From the NCBI GenBank assembly GCA_946965045.2, contig OX337241.1:248001-312000 (forward strand): a stretch of 64,000 nucleotides of DNA, in the 5' to 3' direction. The notes below the pieces were generated by a model, which was given only the letters and a program-made list of their open reading frames with translations, had not been told where the DNA came from and did no database searches. Positions 23,404 to 32,921 of this stretch are shown here, piece by piece (within the stretch, counting starts at the first letter, position 1; the number at the start of each line of letters is the position of its first letter). The position numbers were made by a program, and so were the translations under genes. The DNA is from Epithemia pelagica. Taxonomy: Eukaryota > Protista > Bacillariophyta.

Positions 23404-24731
23404 TTAGGCGACGACGGAAGGAGCAGTCATGGCCACGGGCAAGACTTCGCCACTGGCCAAATCCAAGGGAAAGTTGTGAGCGTTACGTTCGTGCATGACT
23501 TCCATACCCAAATCGGCGCGGTTGATAATGTCGGCCCAGGTGTTGATGACACGGCCCTGAGAGTCAATCACGGCTTGGTTAAAGTTGAATCCGTTCAAGT
23601 TAAAGGCCATGGTCGAGACACCCATGGCAGTCAACCAGATACCAATCACGGGCCAGGCGGCCAAGAAAAAGTGCAAGGCACGCGAGTTGTTGAAAGACGC
23701 GTATTGGAAGATGAGACGACCAAAGTATCCGTGGGCGGCGACAATGTTGTAGGTTTCTTCTTCTTGACCAAACTTGTAACCGTAGTTGGTGGATTCACTT
23801 TCGGTGGTTTCACGAATCAAGGAGGAAGTCACCAAGGAACCATGCATGGCAGAAAAGAGGGATCCACCAAAGACACCAGCAACACCAGCCATGTGGAAGG
23901 GGTGCATCAAAATGTTGTGTTCGGCTTGAAACACCAACATAAAGTTAAAGGTTCCGGAGATACCAAGGGGCATACCATCGGAGAAGGATCCTTGTCCAAT
24001 GGGGTAGTTGAGGAAGACAGCAGTGGCTGCAGCAACAGGGGCCGAAAAGGCGGTAAAGATCCAAGGGCGCATACCCAAACGGTAGGAAAGTTCCCATTCA
24101 CGGCCCATGTAGGCGGCCACACCAGTCAAAAAGTGCAAGACAATCAATTGGTATTCACCACCATTGTACAACCATTCATCCACCGAAGCAGCTTCCCAGA
24201 TGGGGTACAAGTGCATACCGATGGCGTTGGAAGAGGGGACAACGGCACCCGAAATAATGTTGTTACCATACAACAAGGATCCAGCAACGGGTTCACGGAT
24301 TCCATCAATATCGACTGTGGTAAATCAACAATGTTAGTGGACTCATTTCTCTTGTGGTTATCATTTTTTAGTCAAGGAGCGCACATACCGGGAGGAGCAG
24401 CGATAAAGGCGGTGATGAAGCAAGTGGTGGCGGCGAGCAAGGTGGGGAACATGAGGGTTCCAAACCATCCAATGTAGAGGCGGTTTTCGGTACTGGTGAT
24501 CCAGTTGGAAAACTTTTCCCAGACAGTGGCAGTGTTGCGCTTGGCGACAGCGTTCGTGTCCAAAGAGGCAGCCTTCAATTGGAAATCGGTCTCGGCCTCC
24601 ACATTGGTAGGAACAAAGGCAACGGCCGAAGACGAGGAAGTACGGGCGTTGGTGTTCAAAGGAGCAGGTGCGGTGAAAGCATTGGCTTGAGAAGCCAAAA
24701 GAGTGGCAACAATGGCAGTGGCGAACTTCAT
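23404..24731 (-). CDS. psbA: Nucleus-encoded photosystem II reaction-centre protein D1 with bipartite plastid-targeting presequence; exons 24389-24731 and 23404-24314, 417 aa
   Basis: Spliced product is a 57-aa presequence plus a 360-aa D1. With offset 57, residues D61, E65, H118, Y161, D170, E189, H190, H198, H215, H252, S264, H272, H332, E333, H337, D342 and A344 are all in register. Presequence [22 protein letters not shown]. Intron GTATGT...CACTAAC...CACAG. Confidence 0.98.
24315..24388 (-). other. 74-nt phase-1 spliceosomal intron in psbA
   Basis: 5' GTATGT, branch point CACTAAC, 3' CACAG. Removal restores [14 protein letters not shown] (codon G|TC); the unspliced frame hits a stop. Confidence 0.96.
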
Positions 24732-24763
24732 TTTTCTCTTGTTTTGGAAGATGAACTCGAAAT

Positions 24764-24853
24764 TGTGAGAACGGACAGTTCAGGACCGTCCCTGCATTTT
24801 GAAGAGAGGGGAACCCAACTATACTCTGACTCTGATGAGGAACACGTACGTGT
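24764..24853 (-). promoter_or_regulatory. Candidate psbA core promoter: TCACA initiator-like motif and ACACGTACGTGT palindrome
   Basis: TCACA on the minus strand at 24764-24768, 33 nt upstream of the ATG. Perfect 12-bp palindrome with two ACGT cores at 24842-24853. Function is inferred. Confidence 0.3.
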
Positions 24854-25432
24854 CGAGAATGAAGAACCTGCCCTGTGTCTTTGACAAGCATCCGTCGAAT
24901 CCTTGCCTTTGCAAACCGTGTTGCTAAGATACCAGCCAGCTGTCCATTCGACACAATTAGATTCTTTGCCAGTAGCATTACTAGCAAGTCGACCAGGACT
25001 GCTTGCGAGGCATTTGGCCTTTCTGTCGCAAAAATGAGCTGTTTGATCCATCAGCAAACGACCACGCAAAAATTGTATCTGCCGAAATAGGTAGAAGGAA
25101 GCCACATCAATTCCCAACACTGGGTCAGATCCTTCTTTCGATTCGACAGCTCAGATGTGTGTACCCTACTAGCCCTCTACAAATATACCATGCATGGGTA
25201 AACATTCATACATTCATCCCACCCATGTTCACAGTGCCATAGGAAGCGACGAAAGATTCCAAGTCAGATTGACAGACTGATGCCCTTTCTTCGTCGTGTC
25301 TTTATTACAGATGCGCTTATCAGTACAATAGCATCTATTGCGCATCTTTTCTGTGCGACTGAATCTCGCGATTCGGAAGCATCTTCCGCGAATTCCAGTC
25401 GCTTTTCATAAACGACCGTCACTCGTTATTCG

Positions 25433-28276
25433 TTACACACTGTCGAGTCCTTGGCGTTGACTCTCTCGGTGTCGTGCTTCTGCGTCGTCATCGTCATCTT
25501 CGTCAAAACTATCCTGAGAGTCCTCCAAATCATAATCCGGCCAACGAGTCGTCACGGACAGGAGCGAATCTTGTCGTTGCGGAGTCAAAGTTTCTGGTCG
25601 TCGTCGTTCTGGTGAACCACTACTAGGTTCCTGCAAATCGGAAAAGGTTTGATAAATGCGTTCTTGTTGAATCGCCCAAAAGGATGAAAAGGATGACAAT
25701 GGATACGCTAGCAAATGATCTTGTGAATCGTCCGATCGCGACGTGACCAACGTGGTCGCAGTCGACGACCGCACTGTTCCAGAAGAAGAGGGACGCACAT
25801 GTCGTTGTGGCCGTCGTGGTCGAGGTGACGATCGCGGTGGCGAAGACCGTGATCGCTGTAGTAAAGGAGAAGACGAGGAAGGTCGCTGTCGACGACCCAT
25901 GGTTCGTTGCTGAGATGATGATGAGGGACGGAACGGCCATTCTGGCACGTCTCCTTCATGTTGCGGTAAGGCGTCGCTCGAGGATGCGCGGAGCCGTTGG
26001 GCATACCAGGCTCGAGAAAGGCGTTGTGTCGTGCTGCTAGGAGTAGCATCCGTGGCGCTGTTGCTGTTAGAGTTGCTGTCATTGTTGGTTCGATGAGTTG
26101 TACGAATGTTGTGGCGTGAGGATGGAGCATGTGGAACTCGTGGAAGTGGCCGTATCGGTCTCTGCAGTTGCGAATTTTGTTGTTGTTGGGCCAGTATTTG
26201 TCCCACAATATGAGCAAAAGACCCAGAAGACGAGTCATCATCATCATTGCCCCCCTCCTCATCGTCATCGTGGTCTTCACTCATGGTGCTGTCATTGTCC
26301 AGAGGACTCGTCGTGGTGAAAGGATTGCGACGAGCCTGTGGTTTGAACATTTCTACCCGACGTCGACATACAGGACAGGTCAATTGATCTCGTTCACAAT
26401 GACATGCCCACTCCTCCCAACATGTCGTATCAAATACATGACCACAGGGAAGTAGCTTCAACGGAAGACCATCCGAGCCGACCATTCTCCCTACTTGATG
26501 ATGTTTATGCTTGGACAACAATGGCAGTGTTTCACCGCGGCCACTTCTATATTGAAAGCTTTCCAAACAAATGGGACAACAGGTTGCCTTGAATTTCCCT
26601 TGAAGGGCCCGTCCAGCATGAATCAAATCCCATTGGTTTTGTACCATGCGGAGCCACCGCTTGGTATCGTCACACCATGTGTGACATTCGCGGCAAGTGA
26701 TGGTACCAAGACTGGCCACAACACAGCACTGAAAACACCAGGCGACCGCTACCGCAATGGCGGCCAACCATCCCAAGGAAATCCACCACCAATTCTTTTT
26801 GTTTTTCGTAGTATTACTTGTAGGATTGGTCGATGCCTCGTCGCCGTCCTCCCGATTGTTGTCGTCTGTTTCTGAATCGGATAGTACTTCTTGCTCGTCG
26901 TCCTCACTATCCGCTTCATCCGTAGACACGGATCTTTGGCCCTTGGATTGGGTTCCATTGTTGCTCACGAGAAGATGCTCTTGACCATTTTCAATCTCAT
27001 GCACCTCCTCCAACCCAACTTCAGGAGCAGCGTTTGGTTCCTTGGAATGTACTCCAGCGTCCTGTGCTGTCAGATGATTTGGTGTCGACGACGACATTGT
27101 TGGTTGTCCATTCTGGGTTTTATCTTTCTCCAAACTCTGTCCCACCAAAATGGAATTTGGGTCGCTGGTTGTTGTTGCGGACGACGATTCCTTGGGTTGA
27201 GCTTCCAAAAACCACTGGACTGTTTCTTGAATGGCTCGGACCACCTCGCCCTGTTGCATCAACGTCGTCAACGAGTATTTGAGCGTGATCCACCCGCTAC
27301 TGTCGTCGTCGTCATTGGGGGATCTCGGAGGAAGAGGGTGGAGGGGATTCACCGAAATGGTACGCCGGACCGTTGGAGAATGAACATAGATAAAGGCTTG
27401 TTGGTCCGTTGGAGAAATGACCAATAGATCGAAGGACGAGGGTTTGACCTCGGTGGTAAAAAAGCGATAGAGTAGACCCGTAAACGTTCCAATGTCACAA
27501 CGGTCTCGGTCGCAATCCACTCCGAACCACTGTGTGATCCAAATGAGGCGACCACACAAGCATCATGAGGGTGACTGTCCATGAGCAACCACAGTGACAC
27601 AATCGGTACAACACAAACATATCTTACGTACCACGTAAGGTAAGGCGTTTTGTTTGTGCACAGACCGTTCGGGAGGCAAAATCACCACCACCACCATTGG
27701 GGCCGTAGTAGTATTCGTTGTAGAATCCGGCGCCAGATTGCGAATGGTTTGACGTTCCATGGCGGTCAATGTGGCACTGGGATCGCACAGGGTGACCAGC
27801 TCCTCGTGACGACTCGCGTTATTATTATTATTATTGTTGTTGTTGGTATCGTCCAGGAACCGACGACCGCATTCCTCAAACGGCGTCAACCATTGGCGTT
27901 CTCGTTCTTGATGGATTCGGTGCGCAACCGACAAGTGAGCCGATACGGTACCACTGGTATCATACGGACCGTCGTTCCAATGGTCGGACAAATGGTAGTG
28001 CGAATCATGGTACGACGAATGGTACGAGCCATGGTTGGACGAATGATCATACGAATCATGGTACGACAAATGATGGTAGGAAGAATGACTCCGGGATGCG
28101 ACACCGGCCTGTCGCTGGGAGACCAATGCCGTCGCAAACGTAAACAGAGAACTAGGAATCAGCACAACAATCACGGTCACGGCCACCAGGAGGTACCAGG
28201 GAAGACGACCGAAAAAAAAAGAAGAAGAAGAAGAACCACCACCACGACTCCATCCTGGTTGCCCGGTTGTCCTCAT
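25433..28276 (-). CDS. TPM/MOLO1-like domain, transmembrane helix and RING finger protein; intron 27530-27631
   Basis: Donor GTACGT at 27631 and acceptor CACAG at 27530 join two ORFs in frame. Hydrophobic N-terminus, ECGRR..LCDPSATLT and DLLVISPTDQQAFI (TPM-like), TM segment WWWISLGWLAAIAVAVAW, RING CPIC...CGHVFDTTC...CPVC. Confidence 0.75.
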
Positions 28277-30379
28277 GGTGGTGTGACGGTGGAAGGAAAG
28301 TATCGACACCAACATATGATGGGACTCCCAACAACACAGTGAATGAGTGAGTGAGATCGACTCCTGACTTGTGTGTTTGTCCTATTGTGGAAGGAATGTT
28401 CCACAACCAGAAATGCCAACGGACAGTATAATAGGTACAGACGTGTGTGCGTTCGACCAAAGAGTGACGAGAGATGTCGGCTACGAGTTTTCAGGAACCG
28501 TCGCCGTTCATGGGGTGTGTTCCGTTTCGACAGTACGGATCTTTACAATATCTCCAAAGACACGAGATGAGCGATAGAGGAAGAATGCAGCGACAGAACA
28601 ATTGTTGAAGGTTTGTGGAGAAATTGATGGCATCGCGGTGCGTGTGTGGTGACACCCTGGAAATGCGCAATCCCGGAAAAATGAGAAGAGAAACAAACGC
28701 GACCGCGTCACCAGGAAATTCGGAGGGGTAGCTCTGGTAGCTAGGAGTTTGGCTGATTCGGAGCATAGGGAAATGGTGGAGCGCGATCATGTCTTCTATC
28801 ACATCTCCTTGATCATGAAACGAACTATGGATACTACCCGTCTATACAAATCAAACCTTTTGGTCCGTTTGGATCTCCCAACGTTTCATGGGTGAGAGAA
28901 GAAGTCTGCATCCTAACTCAACGCATTCCGAACTGCCACCGGCCGAATCATAGGCTCCACCATAGGAGATAGAGTGATGAAACAAAACAGGTTGTCATTC
29001 CTCGGTGGAGTAGCTTTTGGTGTGAGAAATATACCATGATTCACAGGGGGAAAACGGTCTAGATTTGTGGACACTGGCCACCCACGGTTCAACCGCCGGC
29101 ACTACCACACCCAAAGGAACAGCACAGCCATGCAGGATCCCAGCCTTTTGTGGTTTCGTAGGAAACGGTGGGACTATGGGGAACGGTGGGACTCCGGGGA
29201 CCCGCGGCCTCTATACCGAAATCACATGGAACAAGGCTGTGCTATCCATGGTTGGCGTTCTCGCACAACCATGAGTATTGCGCAACGGCAAGCTGTCCAT
29301 TGGCATTGCGCTTTGAAACTACGTTCTGTCAAAGTCCATGGTGGGTGTTGTTCTAGCTAGGAAGAGGAGGAGTCGTACCTAGATCCAACATTTCTCATTG
29401 TACCGTTGAAAGACTCTATCGCTACTTTTTTATGTATCTTGTGGGTAGCTTTTCTTCCCAAACCGTCCGTGCGGGATCCATAGAGTCGTCAAACGTGCGT
29501 GACTCGCCAGACAAAGAATCCTCGTCCTGCGTCCATGCGTTGAAGCTCCCAAGTCACATAGATCCATGTGCGTGAGGCGAGCGCGAGCGGACGACGTCTC
29601 TCAAGAATACGGGATCGAAGAGTACTCCCCCGGCAAGTGTAGAAGAATATTCTTGGGAGTCCGTTCGCCTCCCCACCACGCCGGTCAAGCGCCTCCCGAG
29701 CGTCCATTCCGGATTTTGGATTCTTGTAAAGGCCATGTTTTAGTTATCGATCGTGTCGAATTCGGCCAAGGGGTGTAGTGATTGCTCCGGAGTCGTGCCG
29801 CGACGAGCACATTCCCGCGCGCGGAGTGCCCTCAACAGACAGAGACTGCCGACGAAAAATTCGATAGCAGTGTAGCGTGGTACAGAATTTTTGTCGAAAC
29901 CCTGGACATGATCCAATTTTTTGTCTTGGGAAGGACACCAAAATTGCCATAAGTGCAGTGGTCGGTAGGAAGTTCTCCATCCACCCTTTGGTATAAGTAC
30001 AATAAGTCAGCCCCACCTTATCGTACGAGGGGTGATTTCCCAAAGGAATGAATGGCCCAGCCCGACCAAGCAGGCTCGATATCGTAAAAGCTTAAGTATA
30101 AATTTATCGGTTGAGTCTCAGTTCAGACTGGCCGGCGCATTTTACTTAGAGCGCCAAAATGTGAATCGGAACAGTGTCGGTGGCCGGAAAACGAATCCGA
30201 CGAAAAAGGTGAGGCTGGACTTTTTTTGGTTTGCCCTCTCTTTTTTCAACACACCAACATCATCTCTCGGATCGATCGGATCCAGAACACGCTACTTGTG
30301 CTCACAATTCCTCAGCTGGTCTTTACTGCAAGCTGCCACCAAACCAACCACTCACAGGAAACCGTTTGTGATTCTCAAG

Positions 30380-31270
30380 ATGAAGATTGCGATTCTCGCC
30401 TTGATCTTTGCCCAAGCCGTCTCGGCCTGGGACGACATGCCCATGGATGACGTGTACCACGACGATGACGATGACTACAGCGGCAAGAAGGGCGGCAAGG
30501 GTGGAAGCGGCAAGAAGGGCAGTCCCCCTTCGTACCAACCTCCCTACGACCGTTGTTACTACCACCCCACTTCGTACGGCTGCCCCGATTACGACCATTG
30601 CGAACACTACCCAATGAGCCAAGGATGCTACGATATCTGTGATTACTACCCCGATTACTACGGCTGCGATGGTTACGATCCGTGTGCCTACAACCCATGG
30701 ATGTGCCCCGACTACGACGATGACTACTATGGCGGCAAGAAGTCCGGCAAGGGCGGCAGCGGCAAGAAGGGATCCGACGATGACTACTACTCCTACGACG
30801 ATTACTTCTTCTACGACGACTACTACCATGACGACTACTACTACGGACCCTATCCTGGACTTCCGTACTACGGTGGTGGCGGATATGGCTACGGCTACGG
30901 CTATGGAGGTGGCTACGGCTACGGATACGGAGGCATTGGCGGCGGATACGGCTATGGCTACGGATTCGGCGGCTGCTACGGATACGGTTACGACGGCGAT
31001 GACTACTATGGCGGTAAGAAGAGCGGCAGCGGCAAGAAGGGTGGATCGGACGACTACTACTACTACGGCGGCTGCGGCGGATACTATGGCGGCGGCTACG
31101 GCCGTGGATTCTTCCCCTTCCCCGGACAACGATTCCCTATCGTTGCCTTGGTCCCCATTGGGTTCACCGGATACCGACCAAGCCCCGTACCGTACCCCAT
31201 GCCCATTATTCCCGGACCAGAACCCCCAAGTGGCAAGAAGTCCGGAAAGGGCAAGGGTGGAAGTTCGTAA
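30380..31270 (+). CDS. Secreted Tyr/Gly/Asp/Lys-rich protein, cingulin/silaffin-like putative frustule or matrix protein (296 aa)
   Basis: Signal peptide MKIAILALIFAQAVSA, four GKK(G/S)GKG-type lysine blocks, DDDYY tracts, three C-x3-P-x3-G-C units and a (GY)n tract. Confidence 0.85.
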   Translation: MKIAILALIFAQAVSAWDDMPMDDVYHDDDDDYSGKKGGKGGSGKKGSPPSYQPPYDRCYYHPTSYGCPDYDHCEHYPMSQGCYDICDYYPDYYGCDGYDPCAYNPWMCPDYDDDYYGGKKSGKGGSGKKGSDDDYYSYDDYFFYDDYYHDDYYYGPYPGLPYYGGGGYGYGYGYGGGYGYGYGGIGGGYGYGYGFGGCYGYGYDGDDYYGGKKSGSGKKGGSDDYYYYGGCGGYYGGGYGRGFFPFPGQRFPIVALVPIGFTGYRPSPVPYPMPIIPGPEPPSGKKSGKGKGGSS

Positions 31271-31899
31271 ACGATGACACCACCACAGGATCACACCAAG
31301 GCACTCTTTATGTGAAAACCGCAAGTTAATTTATATATGATGGGCGTACGGAGGAATGGGAACGTGTTGTGTGGGTTCCCAAAAAGGAGGCGAACCACAG
31401 GTGTTATGTTTTGGAAGGCTCACCCATGACTGGCTTGGTGGTAGTGAAGGATACACACAAGTCAGATCGTTGGAAGCCAGCGCCCAGTACTATAATCTAT
31501 AGACGTTGTTACTTTAGTCACTGAAAATCACCACATCTTGATGTTACCTAGCTACCTTGTAATCCATTACGAAGGAGTTCCTACCCCAAATCGAATCTTT
31601 TTTCAATAATTTGCGGTCTTCGGAGTCGCTCTCCCAAAAATGTCTTTTGGCGCCTTCTCGTTTCCGTTGCCGTGGTAGTGTCTCCAGGGACCATGCCCAC
31701 AACGGACAAAATGGGCGAACCATCAAGTCCGGGGAACATTGTCCCCGACAAAAAAGTACACAGCATGATATTATCAATTTCCAATACATTCGTAGGCCTA
31801 TAATATATATATATGTTATAGACGTTGTTGCAACACAAAAAAGTCGTCCGTATCATCATGACATCCACAAAGAAGGCGAGCGTCGTGCTAGAGGTATGT

Positions 31900-32700
31900 A
31901 GGATCTTTATGTGAGGGGATAGCAACCATAGCAAACCATTTGTTTGTCCCATCACGATCGTGGGGTGAGAGAGGGGTCTTTGGGGGGATCATTTGGAAAA
32001 TCACCCCCAATGAGGCCGTCCCTATAGCATCGACAAAACCAAACCTGAAGCGTGACACGTCACTAAAAACCCGGAAATATGACGGCAAATCCGGGTTTTC
32101 TGTCATTTCAGGTTTTGCAACGACAAAAGCTGAGCGCAGGTTTTGTAATTTTTTTAACCCTCCAAACCAATTTTTACCATTAGGGATAATCCGAAATGAC
32201 ATTAGGGATAGTGTTTTATCTATGCTAGTGTATAATTTTCCTACAGAAATGACAAATGACGGTTACTATATGCGCGGCGCGCGTTCGACTTCAACGGTCA
32301 CCCTAACCCCAATGAGGCTACATGAAACATGCGGGCTTGATGTCCTACTTTCAAAACTTTTAGTATTCAACTAATAGAAGTGAATTTGGGGACTGTTGGG
32401 GGCCTTGGGGGAATGCAGCGCGGAATCGGGTTTTGGTTTTGCCGGTGCCATAGGACGGCGAAACGCGCCAAAACTGAATTTAGTGATGACGTCACGCTTC
32501 AGGTTTGGTTTTGTCAATGCTATAGGAATGGCCTGACACCTTCTTTCTCGTTTGACACACAAGTCCAGTAAAGGATCTATGGGAGGGGATAGCAACCATA
32601 GCAAACCCCATTTACGATCGTGGGGTGAAAGAGGGGTCTTTGGGGGGTCATTTGGAGAATCACCCCCAATGACACCTTCTTTCTCGTTTGACACAAGTCG
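31900..32700. repeat. Tandem duplication of a ~130-140 bp unit; the first copy is interrupted by the MITE
   Basis: aggatct..gaggggatagcaaccatagcaaacc..acgatcgtggggtga..aatcacccccaaTGAcaccttctttctcgtttgacac occurs twice. Confidence 0.85.
32014..32533. mobile_element. PIF/Harbinger-type (Tourist-like) MITE, 520 bp
   Basis: About 53-bp imperfect TIRs (GGCCGTCCCTATAGCATCGACAAAACCAAACCTGAAGCGTGAC...), TGA TSD at 32011-32013 and 32534-32536. An empty site with a single TGA lies at 32670-32672 in the adjacent duplicate. Confidence 0.9.
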
Positions 32701-32921
32701 AGTCATTGACAAGATTCTTCCTCGCGCCATTGCATTCCAACGAAGCCTTGCAGATCCATCATCGTCATTAATTTACAACCGTTGTTGTTGTTGTTGTTGT
32801 TGTTGTGTCTCAAAGCAGAAGCAGCCATATCGTTGGACAATCTCCCGTGTGATTTTGTCCCTCCATCAACAGTCCCCTTGACACCAAGAACAAGAAAAGA
32901 AACCAAAAATTACAGTCCAAA

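Noticed and set aside
23476-24477. 333-aa plus-strand ORF opposite psbA
   Set aside because: Antisense shadow caused by biased codon usage; no recognisable motifs, and it ignores the intron structure.
23404-24731. psbA as plastid contamination or a recent non-functional NUPT
   Set aside because: It has a spliceosomal intron, a bipartite presequence, nuclear codon usage and nuclear flanking genes, and no adjacent plastid sequence is present.
24361-24987. 208-aa minus-strand ORF overlapping psbA exon 1 in another frame
   Set aside because: Alternative-frame overlap with a non-ATG start; the D1 frame explains the region.
25433-28276. TPM-RING neighbour as a dedicated PSII-repair partner of nuclear D1 (by analogy to TLP18.3/Psb32)
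   Set aside because: The resemblance is only at TPM-fold level, there is no clear ASAFAP motif, and gene adjacency in eukaryotes is weak evidence.
28400-30370. Transposon in the intergenic region (mariner-like TACGAGGGGTG at about 30024)
   Set aside because: No matching second end or TSD found by eye.
30323-31324. 333-aa Val/Ala-rich minus-strand ORF
   Set aside because: Antisense mirror of the repetitive Tyr/Gly/Asp gene.
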